Shown here piece after piece: positions 1 through 9,680 of a stretch of DNA of 64,000 nt. The stretch's first letter is position 1, and the number at the start of each line of letters is the position of its first letter. The translations under genes were made by a program, and so were the position numbers. The notes beneath the pieces were generated by a model that was not told the DNA's origin, searched no databases, and worked only from the letters and a program-made list of their open reading frames with translations. This stretch comes from Thermoanaerobaculia bacterium (GTDB taxonomy: Bacteria > Acidobacteriota > Thermoanaerobaculia > Gp7-AA8), in assembly GCA_017883235.1 (NCBI GenBank), contig JADGNY010000012.1, forward strand, positions 6,091 to 70,090. Direction: 5' to 3'.

Positions 1-1
1 A

Positions 2-592
2 AAGTCGCCCGCGCTTGCCGAGGTCATGGAGCCGTCGATCGTCGACCTCTCCGCGCGCGACTGGGACGTACTGATCGTGCTCAAGCAGGACTTCGCGCCG
101 GACGAGATCGGCGAAGGGATGTGGGAGCGCCGCGCGCGTGCCGCCGGCATCGATGTCGAAACGTTCCTTGCCGTCGCCGAGGATCTCGATCGCAGAGGGG
201 TCATCGGACGCTTCTCGACATTTCTGGAACACACCAAGCCGGTGGCGGGGGAGGATCGGCTGTCGAGTTTCAACGGCCTTTTCCATTGGGCCGTGCCGGC
301 GGGGCGCGAGATCGAAGCGGGACGCGAGATCGGCCGCTTCGCCATCCTCACGCACGCCTACTGGCGCAATGCCGGTCCGGAGTTGAACGACGTCAACATC
401 ATGGCCGTCGCTCACGGCGAGACGAAGGATCAGGTGATGGCGCACAAGGCCGCCATCGATGAACACCTGAACGCCACCGGCATCGGCTTCACATTCACCA
501 ACGTCTATTGGGGCGGCCGCGCCGAGATCAAGCCGTCGGAGATCTCGCCCGTCGCCTACCGGGAGTGGGCTCGAAAGGCAGGTGTTTTATGA
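2..592 (+). CDS. Lrp/AsnC-fold siroheme decarboxylase-like protein (AhbA/AhbB- or NirDL-type), 5' end outside window
   Basis: Frame is open from base 2. Contains RGVIGRFSTFLEH and THAYWR-like segments; stop overlaps the next ATG (ATGA) of a heme-type radical SAM gene. Confidence 0.6.
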   Translation, partial: KSPALAEVMEPSIVDLSARDWDVLIVLKQDFAPDEIGEGMWERRARAAGIDVETFLAVAEDLDRRGVIGRFSTFLEHTKPVAGEDRLSSFNGLFHWAVPAGREIEAGREIGRFAILTHAYWRNAGPELNDVNIMAVAHGETKDQVMAHKAAIDEHLNATGIGFTFTNVYWGGRAEIKPSEISPVAYREWARKAGVL

Positions 593-1755
593 GTGCAAGC
601 GTCGACTTCAACGTCAGTCCGTTCGTGGTGATCTGGGAGAACACGCGGGCGTGCGACCTCTCGTGCGTCCATTGCCGCGCAGCCGCGCAGCCGCGCCGCA
701 GCCAGTTCGAGCTCAAAACCGAGGAAGGGTACCGGCTGATCGACGACATCGCGCTCCTGAAGCCGCGCGTTTTCGTGATCACCGGCGGCGATCCGCTCAA
801 GCGCGAAGACACCTACGACTTCATCGAATATGCGAAGTCGAAGGGACTGGAGCCGTCGCTCACACCGAGCGCGACGCCGCTGCTCACCGACGGCGCAATT
901 TCGCGGATGAAGCGCCGCGGCCTGGCACGTTTAGCCATCAGCCTCGACGCCTCGCGCGCCGATCTGCATGACGAGTTTCGGCGCGTTCCGGGCTCGTTCG
1001 ACCTCACGCTCAACGCCATCCGCGCCGCGCGCCGCGAAGGCATCCCCGTGCAGATCAACACCACGGTCACGCGCCGCACCATCGATGATCTCCCGCAGAT
1101 CGTCGACCTTCTCCAGGACCTCGGCATCGTGATGTGGAGCGTCTTCTTCCTCGTTCCCACCGGCCGCGGAAAGCAGGCCGACCTGGTTACACCCGAAGCG
1201 GTCGAGCAGCTCTTCGGTTTTCTCTACGACACCAGCAAGAAAGTGCCGTTCGCGATCCGCACCACGGAAGCGATGCACTACCGCCGCTACATGCTGCAAC
1301 GGATGGCGGCGGAGAGGCATGAGTCGATCGATCACCTTCTCGATCCGGCTACCGGTCTGATCGACGCGTCGACGCTTTTTCTGCAGAACGGTCCGCGCAA
1401 GATGCCCCTCGGCGTGCAAGCACAGACCGGCGCAATCTCCCGTGCTCCTCGCGGCGTCAACGAGGGAAAGGGCTTCGTCTTCATCTCCCACCTCGGCGAT
1501 GTTTTTCCAAGCGGTTTCCTGCCTCTCAAAGCCGGCAACGTGAAGCATGAATCGCTCGGCGATATCTATCGCTCCAGCGATCTCTTCACCAGCCTGCGCG
1601 AAAGCAGCAACCTGAAGGGAAAATGCGGGCTCTGCGAATTCCGCGATCTCTGCGGCGGCTCGCGCGCCAGAGCCTGGTCGATGACGGGAGATGTATTCGC
1701 ATCCGATCCGCTCTGCACGTATATGCCGGCAGGCGCGCGGTACGCGGTGGCGTAG
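589..1755 (+). CDS. Radical SAM/SPASM protein, AhbC/AhbD/NirJ-like (alternative heme biosynthesis)
   Basis: CDLSCVHC (CxxxCxxC), ITGGDPL, C-terminal KCGLCEFRDLCGGSRARA...DPLC SPASM cysteines. Confidence 0.8.
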   Translation: MSASVDFNVSPFVVIWENTRACDLSCVHCRAAAQPRRSQFELKTEEGYRLIDDIALLKPRVFVITGGDPLKREDTYDFIEYAKSKGLEPSLTPSATPLLTDGAISRMKRRGLARLAISLDASRADLHDEFRRVPGSFDLTLNAIRAARREGIPVQINTTVTRRTIDDLPQIVDLLQDLGIVMWSVFFLVPTGRGKQADLVTPEAVEQLFGFLYDTSKKVPFAIRTTEAMHYRRYMLQRMAAERHESIDHLLDPATGLIDASTLFLQNGPRKMPLGVQAQTGAISRAPRGVNEGKGFVFISHLGDVFPSGFLPLKAGNVKHESLGDIYRSSDLFTSLRESSNLKGKCGLCEFRDLCGGSRARAWSMTGDVFASDPLCTYMPAGARYAVA

Positions 1756-1759
1756 TATG

Positions 1760-1838
1760 AAGGCAGAAGGCAGAAAGCAGAAAGCAGAAGTGACGATGAG
1801 CCGAGCACTTCTGCTTTCTGCTTTCTGCCTTCTGCCTT
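1760..1838. repeat. Perfect 33-bp inverted repeat built from heptamers (AGGCAGA/AAGCAGA), between convergent genes
   Basis: AAGGCAGAAGGCAGAAAGCAGAAAGCAGAAGTG at 1760-1792; exact reverse complement at 1806-1838. Confidence 0.9.
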
Positions 1839-1881
1839 TCTGTGCCTGTGGTGAAATCGGTCTTCCACTAATCGCTGGCGT

Positions 1882-4218
1882 TCAAACCAGCAGAGCCTTC
1901 CGTCCCGCCACATCGGCGACGATGGAAACCAGCTCATCCGGCTCCACCGGTTTCTTCAAATACTCGTCAAACCCCTCGGCCAGGGCGATCTCGCGCTCGG
2001 ACGGGCGGCCGTAGGCGGTCAAGGCCACCGCGGGAATGCGCGACTTCTCGTCCCCGCTCGACCGGACGCGGCGGATGAGCGAATAGCCGTCCTGCTCCGG
2101 CATGGCGATGTCACACAACAGCACATCGAAGGACTGGCGCGCCGAGAGCGTCAGCCCTTCTTTCGCGCTCGCCGCGGCGGTGATCACCGCTCCATATTGT
2201 TCGAGGATCGCGGCAATGGTCCTGCGCGAGTCCGGCTCGTCGTCGACGACCAGCACGCGCAGTCCCGCGATCGAAGGGACGTTGCGCGATATCGTTTTCG
2301 TTCGTCCGCCGGCCGGAAAGACCTCCACCGGCACCGACACCTGGACCGGAATGGAGACGGTGAACGTCGCGCCAAGCCCCTTCCCCTCGCTGGCCACGGT
2401 GATGGTCCCTCCATGAAGCTCCACCAGTTGCTTGGCGATGGAAAGGCCGATGCCCATGCCGCCGTGGTGCCGCATGGTGCCGCTTTCCTGTTGCGCAAAG
2501 CGGTCAAAGGCGTACGGGAGAAACTCGGGACGAATCCCAGCGCCCGTGTCCTGCACTTCCACGACGGCGCTCGAATCGCGCAAGAAGAGCCGCACGTCGA
2601 TGCGGCCACCGGCCGGCGTGAACTTGACCGCGTTGGAGAGGAGGTTCCAGAACACCTGCTGCAGACGCGCCGGATCGCCGCCGAGGTGGAGGAGACCGGG
2701 CTGAAAATCCATCCTGAGGCGCAGCTCTTTCGCCTCGGCGGCAGGAACGAAGGCGGTGATCGCCGACCTCAGTACGCTCTCCATGTCCACCGGCTCGATG
2801 GTCAGGCGCAGCTTGCCGGTGATCATTCGGGAGACATCGAGAACGTCGTCGATGAGCTGTGCCTGCGCTTGAGCGCTGCGATGGATGGTGGCCATTCCTT
2901 CCTTTCGCGTCGTCTCGTCGAGGGTGGTGGCGGCGAGCAATGCGGTCCAGCCGAGGATCGACGTCATCGGCGTGCGTAACTCGTGGGAAAGCGTGGCCAG
3001 GAACTCGTCCTTGGCACGGTTGAGCGACTCCGCCTCTTTGTAGAGATGGGTGAGAGCTCCCTCGGTGCTCTTCTGGTCGTCGATGTCGGTGTTGGAGCTG
3101 ATCCACATCGTGATCTTCCCGGCGGCGTCACGCATCGGACAGGCGCGGCTGAGATGCCAGCGATAGCTGCCGTCGGCGCGCCGGAAGCGGTGCTGGGCCT
3201 CAAATGCTTCACCGCTTTCGAGCGCATGCCGCCAGTGGCGAGCGGTCTCCTTCACGTCATCCGGGTGAATGAACTTCGTCCATCGCCAATCCTTGATCTC
3301 ATCGAGCGAGAGTCCGGTGAACGTGCTCCACTGCTTGTTGAAGTAATCGACGTCGCCGTTTGGCCCGGCGGTGAAAACCATCAGCGGCATCGACTCGGCG
3401 AGGAAGCGAAAACGCTCCGCCCCTTCCTTGGCTGCTTTCTCGGCCGACTTGCGTTCGGTGATGTCGCGGATTTTGCATTGAATGACGTTCCGGCCGTTTA
3501 CTTCGTATGCGTTGCTGACGAACTCCACCTCCGCGCGCTTGCCGTCCTTCGTTTCGAGCGGCAAATCCTCGTAACGGATGTAACCGTCCTTCTGCAATCG
3601 GTCGAATGCCGCTTTGCTTTCGTCGATGTCGCGGAACAGCCCGATCTCCCAGAGCTCCTTCCCGATCAGTTCCTCCAGCGAGTAGCCGAGCAGGTCGATC
3701 ACGAATGGATTGGCGTCGATGATCTTCCGGCTTTCGCCGTCGACGATCAGGATGGCGTCCTGCGCCGTCTCGAAGAGCCGCCGGTAGCGAACCTCGGATG
3801 CGCGCATGGCACGGGTCGCTTCCACGCGTTCGGTGATGTCGCGGATGTTGCACTGAATGACGTTCTGACCGTCCACGTCGTAGGAGTTGCTGACGAACTC
3901 CACGTCCACGCGCTTGCCGCCCTTGGTTTCGAGCGGCAAGTCCTCGTAACGGATGTAACCGTCCCTGCGCAACCGCGCGAACGCTTCTTTGCTGGCCTCG
4001 ATATCCGGGAACAACCCGATCTCCCAAAGCTCCTTGCCCGTCAGCTCCTCGAGCGTGTAGCCGAGCAGGGCGATCACGAAGGGATTGGCATCGATGATCT
4101 TCCCGCCGTCGCCGTCGAGGATGAGAATGGCGTCCTGGGCGGTCTCGAAGAGCCGCCGGTAGCGGACCTCGGATGCCGCCAGGGCAGGAGCCGCGTCTCT
4201 GTCGTTGACGATCGCCAT
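1882..4218 (-). CDS. Hybrid sensor kinase: 3x PAS - HisKA - HATPase - receiver
   Basis: FLATLSHELRTPM, NLLSNAVKFT, G-boxes, receiver VLVVDD...CDIAMP. Start chosen at MAIVND (alternative 4305). Confidence 0.9.
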   Translation of the reverse strand: MAIVNDRDAAPALAASEVRYRRLFETAQDAILILDGDGGKIIDANPFVIALLGYTLEELTGKELWEIGLFPDIEASKEAFARLRRDGYIRYEDLPLETKGGKRVDVEFVSNSYDVDGQNVIQCNIRDITERVEATRAMRASEVRYRRLFETAQDAILIVDGESRKIIDANPFVIDLLGYSLEELIGKELWEIGLFRDIDESKAAFDRLQKDGYIRYEDLPLETKDGKRAEVEFVSNAYEVNGRNVIQCKIRDITERKSAEKAAKEGAERFRFLAESMPLMVFTAGPNGDVDYFNKQWSTFTGLSLDEIKDWRWTKFIHPDDVKETARHWRHALESGEAFEAQHRFRRADGSYRWHLSRACPMRDAAGKITMWISSNTDIDDQKSTEGALTHLYKEAESLNRAKDEFLATLSHELRTPMTSILGWTALLAATTLDETTRKEGMATIHRSAQAQAQLIDDVLDVSRMITGKLRLTIEPVDMESVLRSAITAFVPAAEAKELRLRMDFQPGLLHLGGDPARLQQVFWNLLSNAVKFTPAGGRIDVRLFLRDSSAVVEVQDTGAGIRPEFLPYAFDRFAQQESGTMRHHGGMGIGLSIAKQLVELHGGTITVASEGKGLGATFTVSIPVQVSVPVEVFPAGGRTKTISRNVPSIAGLRVLVVDDEPDSRRTIAAILEQYGAVITAAASAKEGLTLSARQSFDVLLCDIAMPEQDGYSLIRRVRSSGDEKSRIPAVALTAYGRPSEREIALAEGFDEYLKKPVEPDELVSIVADVAGRKALLV

Positions 4219-4347
4219 TTGTGTGCTCGGGGGCTTAAACTGCCGCAAATAAGCGATTATATTGACAACCGCTTCGAAAATCTGTTCAATTTGAGACATT
4301 GGCAAATCGGGGTGGCAAATCGCTGCGTCATGCTATAAATTTATCCC

Positions 4348-5055
4348 GTGCGCCCGACCGCAAAGATGAAAGTAGCGAGACCGGCAATCGTCCTGCTACC
4401 CCCGCCCCCGGCGTTCGATGTCGAGGCCTTCCTCGATAGGACGGGCCTGGGCAGAACTCTGGTCGAGCTGAAGAAGAACCAGGTTCTCTTCTCCCAGGGC
4501 GACGCCGCGGACGCGGTGTTTTACATCCAGAAGGGCAGTATCAAACTTACCATCGTTTCTCAGCGTGGCAAGGAGGCCACCGTGGCCTTGCTGAACGCGG
4601 GAAACTTTGTCGGCGAGTCCTGCGTCGCCGCGGCGGAGCACATCCGCATGGTGACCGCTACCGGGCTGACCCGCTGCACGCTGATGCGGATCGAGCGGCT
4701 TGAAATGGTTCGCGTGCTGCACGAAGAGCACGCCTTCGCCGATCTCTTCGTCACCTTCCTGCTGGCCCGGAACGTCCGCATCCAGGAGGACCTCGTCGAT
4801 CAGCTTTTCAATTCCAGCGAAAAGCGGTTGGCGCGCATCCTGTTGCTGCTCGCCCAATTCGGCAAGGAAGGGAAGCCGGAGACGGTGGTCCCGAAGATCA
4901 GCCAGGAAGTGCTCGCGGAGATGATCGGTACGACGCGCTCACGGGTGAACTTCTTCATGAACCGCTTTCGAAAGCTCGGCTTCATCAAATACAGCGGCGG
5001 CCTCGGCGGCCTCGAAGTGCACAGCTCACTCCTCAACGTGGTCCTCCACGACTAG
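4348..5055 (+). CDS. Crp/Fnr family transcriptional regulator
   Basis: cNMP-binding-like region (FSQGDAADAVFYIQKG, FVGE) and HTH SQEVLAEMIGTTRSRVNFFM. Confidence 0.9.
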   Translation: MRPTAKMKVARPAIVLLPPPPAFDVEAFLDRTGLGRTLVELKKNQVLFSQGDAADAVFYIQKGSIKLTIVSQRGKEATVALLNAGNFVGESCVAAAEHIRMVTATGLTRCTLMRIERLEMVRVLHEEHAFADLFVTFLLARNVRIQEDLVDQLFNSSEKRLARILLLLAQFGKEGKPETVVPKISQEVLAEMIGTTRSRVNFFMNRFRKLGFIKYSGGLGGLEVHSSLLNVVLHD

Positions 5056-5177
5056 CATCCGCTCACGCCGGCTGTTTCTTTTTTTGAACCGTTTGCTGAT
5101 TTGGGATATTGTCCCGACAGTCATCTACCGGTAATGCCCTATTGAATCCTGCCGCTGCCCGTGAAAGAGACCTCCAT

Positions 5178-6524
5178 ATGAAGAGAACGTACATCAGCCT
5201 CCTGACCATCATCGGGTTCGCGGCGTTTCTCGCGCCCTCATCAGCATTTGCCCAGATCTCCCTCGGCACCGCGCAGAACTTCGGCGTCCTGGGCGGGTCC
5301 ACCGTCACCAATACGGGCGCGACGACGGTCAACGGCAACGTCGGCGTAAGTCCCGGCAGCGCCGTGACCGGCTTCCCTCCCGGCGTCGTCGTCGGAGGAG
5401 CGATCCACAGCAACGACGCCGTGGCGCAGCAGGCGCAGAACGACCTCACCACCGCGTACAACAACATCGCCACTACTCCGTGCACGGTCGACCTGACCGG
5501 TCAGAATCTGGGAGGCCTGACGCTGACACCGGGCGTCTACTGCTTCTCGACATCCGCACAACTCACCGGCGCCCTGACTCTCGACGCCCTCGGCAATGCG
5601 AACGCGCTCTTCCTGTTCAAGACCGGGAGCACACTCACCACGGCCAGCAACTCGTCGGTCACGGTCATCAACAACGGCGGCAGCAGTTGCAACAAGGTCT
5701 TCTGGCAGGTGGGCAGCTCCGCCACTCTCGGAACAGGCACCTCGTTCATCGGAGACATTCTGGCACTCTCGAGCATCACGCTCACGACCGGGTCAAATAC
5801 CAACGGCCGGGCGCTGGCGCGCAATGGCGCGGTGACGCTCGATACCAACAACGTCAATACCTGCGGCGTTTCGATCTGTCCGATCATCACCGTGAACCCG
5901 GCTTCGCTGCCGAACGGCTCGGTGGGCACTCCGTACAGCCAGACCGTCTCCGCCTCCGGAGGGACGTCGCCGTACACGTTTTCCATATCGAGCGGTTCGC
6001 TGCCAACCAATCTGCTTCTCAACGGCGCAACCGGGGCGATCACCGGAACGCCGACTACCGTCGGCACCTTCACGTTCACGATCACCGCGACGGACGCGAC
6101 CGGCTGCTTCGGCAGCCGCCTGTACACGATCACCATCGACAGCCCTGGCTGCCCGGCCATCATCCTGAGCCCCACCACGCTCCCGCCGGGTCAGATTCTG
6201 GTTCCCTACGTCCAGACGATCACCGCCTCGGGGGGGACCGCGCCGTATACCTTCGCCATTGCCGGCGGCGCGCTGCCTGCCGGGCTCTCCCTCAACCCGG
6301 CCACGGGACTCATCAGCGGTACGCCTCTGGTGTCAGGCCTCTTCAACGTCACGATCCGGGCGACGGACGCGGCCGGCTGTCAAGGCGCCCGGGCCTATGC
6401 GATGGCAATCCTCGCGGCAATCCAGCCGGAAGGGGGTCCAACGCTGAATTTCGTTGGACTGATGATCCTCACGGTTCTTCTCGCGGCCGCTGGACTATTT
6501 GTCATGAACAGGTTGTCGATCTGA
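5178..6524 (+). CDS. Secreted ice-binding-like protein (DUF3494) with two putative Ig domains and IPTL-CTERM-like sorting tail
   Basis: Signal peptide AFA-Q; LGTAQNFGVLGGSTVTNTG, LTPGVY, VFWQVGSSATLG, GRALA motifs; SGGTxPYTF...LPxGLxLN Ig repeats; tail GPTLNFVGLMILTVLLAAAGLFVMNR. Confidence 0.85.
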   Translation: MKRTYISLLTIIGFAAFLAPSSAFAQISLGTAQNFGVLGGSTVTNTGATTVNGNVGVSPGSAVTGFPPGVVVGGAIHSNDAVAQQAQNDLTTAYNNIATTPCTVDLTGQNLGGLTLTPGVYCFSTSAQLTGALTLDALGNANALFLFKTGSTLTTASNSSVTVINNGGSSCNKVFWQVGSSATLGTGTSFIGDILALSSITLTTGSNTNGRALARNGAVTLDTNNVNTCGVSICPIITVNPASLPNGSVGTPYSQTVSASGGTSPYTFSISSGSLPTNLLLNGATGAITGTPTTVGTFTFTITATDATGCFGSRLYTITIDSPGCPAIILSPTTLPPGQILVPYVQTITASGGTAPYTFAIAGGALPAGLSLNPATGLISGTPLVSGLFNVTIRATDAAGCQGARAYAMAILAAIQPEGGPTLNFVGLMILTVLLAAAGLFVMNRLSI

Positions 6525-6528
6525 CACC

Positions 6529-7065
6529 GTGAGCTCCCGTAACAAGGCCGGGGCATCAAGACCGCTCCGGCCTCGCGTCGTCTTTGTGGCAAAGTTCTGC
6601 GCGGCGATGCTGGTTCTCTATGCCGTGGTGGCGCTGAACCAGGTGAATGATCGCGTCATCGTTCCGTTCACCGAGGTCGTCGCGCGGGGCGCGGCAATGC
6701 TCCTGCGCGGCGTCGAGAGTGGCGTGGGGGTGACCGGAACGGTGATGCGGTCGCAGCAGTTCGCGCTCGACGTCCGGAATGGCTGCAACGGCGTCGAGGC
6801 GGTGATCCTGCTGGCCGCGGCCATCATCGCCTTCCCGGCGACGCTGCGGTCACGGCTGCTCGGGCTGGTGGTCGCAAGTGTCGCCATCGAAGCGCTGAAC
6901 CTCGTGCGGCTCAGCTCTCTTTTCTGGCTGGGGGAGCACTACCGGCTGATCTTCGATTTCTTTCATGTGGCGGTCTGGCAGTTGCTGATCATTCTCGCGG
7001 CGATCTCGATCTTCATCCTGTGGAGCTGGAAGTTTGCGGAAACACCTCGGGCCGAATCTCGCTAA
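6529..7065 (+). CDS. xrtH: Exosortase H (IPTL-CTERM-type)
   Basis: Membrane protein with catalytic Cys (GCNGVEA), Arg (NLVRL) and His (FFHVAVWQ); immediately follows a PTL-TM-basic tail protein. Confidence 0.8.
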   Translation: MSSRNKAGASRPLRPRVVFVAKFCAAMLVLYAVVALNQVNDRVIVPFTEVVARGAAMLLRGVESGVGVTGTVMRSQQFALDVRNGCNGVEAVILLAAAIIAFPATLRSRLLGLVVASVAIEALNLVRLSSLFWLGEHYRLIFDFFHVAVWQLLIILAAISIFILWSWKFAETPRAESR

Positions 7066-7567
7066 AGGGGCGGCCGGCTTCATCCTCGGGCTTGTCTTCT
7101 GGTGGGCGCTGTCGTCGCCCTATGCGCGCCTGCTGGCCTCAGTGAGCGAGCCGTTGATCCGCGCCACGGAACGCCCGCCCGTCACCCGCCTCATCGCGGA
7201 CGGAACGAACCTGACGGTCGATCGCGACGACTTCCCGAGAGCCTCTCCGCGGCCCGCTCTCCTGCTCATGGACCTCACCGCCAACGTCATTCTGCTCACC
7301 ACTCTTTTCTCCGTGACCCGAAAGCCGCTGAGCGACCGGAACATCCCGTCCTTTCTGCTGGCCTGTCTCGCACTCGTCCTCGTGCATGTCGCTGCCGTCC
7401 TCGTGAACGTGCAGTCCATCTACGCCTTGCGGCTCGGCCCATGGAGCGCGCAGCACTACGGCCCGGTGGCGCGAAACTTCTGGGGTGCGGCGGCGCATTT
7501 CTACAGCGTCGCCGGCGTGTTCGGCGCCCCGTTCGCGCTCTGGTGGCTCTTGCGCCCGTCGGAATAG
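7034..7567 (+). CDS. Exosortase H-associated membrane protein
   Basis: About 4 hydrophobic helices; overlaps the xrtH stop. Confidence 0.6.
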   Translation: MRKHLGPNLAKGAAGFILGLVFWWALSSPYARLLASVSEPLIRATERPPVTRLIADGTNLTVDRDDFPRASPRPALLLMDLTANVILLTTLFSVTRKPLSDRNIPSFLLACLALVLVHVAAVLVNVQSIYALRLGPWSAQHYGPVARNFWGAAAHFYSVAGVFGAPFALWWLLRPSE

Positions 7568-7730
7568 CTGCCTTCGGCGTTGTCTGCCTTTGGCGTTGTC
7601 TGCGCTATCGCGCGTGGTCAATTGGTTTCGTTACGCTTCACGCGTTTGTAAATCTCTGACCACGCGGCGCGCACGCCGCAGACAACGCCAAAGGCAGACA
7701 ACGCCAAAGGCAGACAACGCCGAAGGCAGC
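7567..7730. repeat. Long hairpin element with 16-bp subunits (GGCAGACAACGCCAAA)
   Basis: GCTGCCTTCGGCGTTGTCTGCCTTTGGCGTTGTCTGCG mirrored by three GCAGACAACGCC(A/G)AAG copies; inner CGCGTGGTCA/TGACCACGCG pair. Confidence 0.85.
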
Positions 7731-7762
7731 CTTCAGCTAAGATCCCCCCATCGGAGGAAACG

Positions 7763-8656
7763 ATGAAGAAATCGCTGATCACTGTCGCCGCGCTCCTGTT
7801 GGCTGCCATCCCGGGATGTGCGCAGGAGACGACCGCTACGCACGCCGAACATCAGATGGCTGCCGCTCCGTCGAGCGTCTCCCAGGATTGGGCGAAGAAG
7901 AGAGTCGATCAATCGCCGCGGCATCACGAGTGGGTGAACCTCAAATCCGGCAACCGCGTCGTCAGAGCCTTCGTCGTCTACCCCGAGGTGAAGGGGAAGG
8001 CGGCGGGCGTCGTCGTCATCCACGAGATCTTCGGGATGAGCGACTGGGTGCAGATGGAGGCCGACGAGGTGGCCGAAACCGGCTACATCGCCATCGCTCC
8101 TGATCTGCTGTCAGGCATGGGGCCGAACGGAGGGGGGACCAGCTCGTTGCCGGACGGCACCGCGGTCGGCAAAGCCATTAGCGACCTGCCGCCGGACCAG
8201 ATCACCGCCGATCTCAACGCCGCCGCCGATTACGTCGCCAAGCTCCCCGCCGCGAACGGCAAGGTTGCCGTGGCCGGATTCTGCTGGGGAGGGACGCAGT
8301 CATTCCGCTTCGCCACGAACCGTCCGACGTTGTCGGCCGCGTTCGTCTTCTATGGAACCGGCCCGGAAACGGCCGAAGCGGCCGCGGCGATCAAAGCGCC
8401 GGTCTACGGTTTCTACGCCGGCAACGACGCCCGCGTAGGGGCCACGGTTCCGAAGACGGTGGAGATGATGAAGGCCGCCGCAAAGAACTATGAGCCGGTG
8501 ACATACGACGGCGCCGGTCACGGTTTCATGCGCGCCGGCGATACCCCGCCCCCTCCCGCCGACGCGGATCAGAAGGTGAAAGACGCGTACGCCGGAAACA
8601 AGAAGGCGCGCGACGAAGCGTGGACGCGCTGGAAGGGGCTGCTGAAGAAGTTGTAG
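7763..8656 (+). CDS. Secreted dienelactone hydrolase family protein
   Basis: GGAGG RBS, signal peptide, VIHEIFG, GFCWGG nucleophile motif, GAGHGF. Confidence 0.9.
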   Translation: MKKSLITVAALLLAAIPGCAQETTATHAEHQMAAAPSSVSQDWAKKRVDQSPRHHEWVNLKSGNRVVRAFVVYPEVKGKAAGVVVIHEIFGMSDWVQMEADEVAETGYIAIAPDLLSGMGPNGGGTSSLPDGTAVGKAISDLPPDQITADLNAAADYVAKLPAANGKVAVAGFCWGGTQSFRFATNRPTLSAAFVFYGTGPETAEAAAAIKAPVYGFYAGNDARVGATVPKTVEMMKAAAKNYEPVTYDGAGHGFMRAGDTPPPPADADQKVKDAYAGNKKARDEAWTRWKGLLKKL

Positions 8657-8980
8657 AAAGTTCCGCGGAGCAGAAAGTCAGCTCCGCAGAGCAGAAAGTC
8701 AGCTCCGCAGAGCAGAAAGTCAGCTCCGCGGAGCAGAAAGTTTGCTCCGCGGAGCAGAAAGTTAGCTCCCCGGAGCAGAAAGTTAGCTCCCCAGAGCAGA
8801 AAGTTAGCTCCCCAGAGCAGAAAGTTAGCTCCCCAGAGCAGAAAGTTAGCTCCCCAGAGCAGAAAGTTAGCTCCGCGGAGCAGAAAGTTTGCTCCGCGGA
8901 GCAGAAAGTCAGCTCCGCGGAGCAGAAAGTCAGCTCCGCGGAGCAGAAAGTCAGCTCCGCGGAGCTCCGCAGAGCAGAAG
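8657..8980. repeat. 21-bp tandem array (about 15 units, AGCTCCGCGGAGCAGAAAGTY)
   Basis: Directly visible; many units contain the palindrome GCTCCGCGGAGC. Confidence 0.95.
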
Positions 8981-9440
8981 GTTTGATCCGCCAGATCAAC
9001 AGTTTGATCCGCCAGATCAACAGGTTTGATCCGCCAGATCAAAAGTTTGATCCGCCAGATCAACAGGTTTGATCCGCCAGATCAAAAGTTTGATCCGCCA
9101 GATCAACAGGTTTGATCCGCCAGATCAAAAGTTTGATCCGACAGATCAACTGGTTTGATCCGTCAGATCGAAAATTTGATCCGACAGATCAACAGGTTTG
9201 ATCCGTCAGATCGAAAATTTGATCCGACAGATCAACTGGTTTGATCCGTCAGATCAAAAGTTTGATCCGCCAGATCAACAGGTTTGATCCGTCAGATCGA
9301 AAATTTGATCCGACAGATCAACTGGTTTGATCCGCCAGATCAAAAGTTTGATCCGACAGATCAACTGGTTTGATCCGTCAGATCAAAAGTTTGATCCGAC
9401 AGATCAACTGGTTTGATCCGCAGATCAACAGTTTTGATAC
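8981..9440. repeat. 21/22-bp tandem array (about 21 units, GTTTGATCCGNCAGATCAAmA[G]) with 43-bp higher-order period
   Basis: Each unit is a mini inverted repeat TTTGATC-CGNCA-GATC(A/G)A with two GATC; no unique spacers. Confidence 0.95.
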
Positions 9441-9680
9441 GCGGCACAAGCGTTTTGTTCCGCAGAATCATGAGGTTAGCTCGGAAGAGCAGAGGAACTG
9501 GTATCGAGAACAGGCTGTTGGTTCTCCGATGAGCCGAAGGACTGCTATCGCGGGAATAAATGGCTGTCGTTCGGTGAGACGGACCTGCCCTGGTGCCGGG
9601 CGGAATCATCGACGTCGGTGCTACGCGCCTCCCCGCTCAGCAAGGGGTAGGGTTTTCGTAACTGGAGACACTCCTTCAGT

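Noticed and set aside
8526-9072. Heptad-repeat ORFs (SSAEQKV, CSAELTF, LLRGADF)
   Set aside because: Open frames follow automatically from a stop-free 21-bp unit; no RBS, and they overlap the hydrolase gene
8657-9440. CRISPR array
   Set aside because: Units are contiguous with no unique spacers, and no cas genes are present in the window
8981-9440. Replication origin suggested by GATC density
   Set aside because: No DnaA boxes, AT-rich unwinding element, or dnaA/rep gene seen nearby
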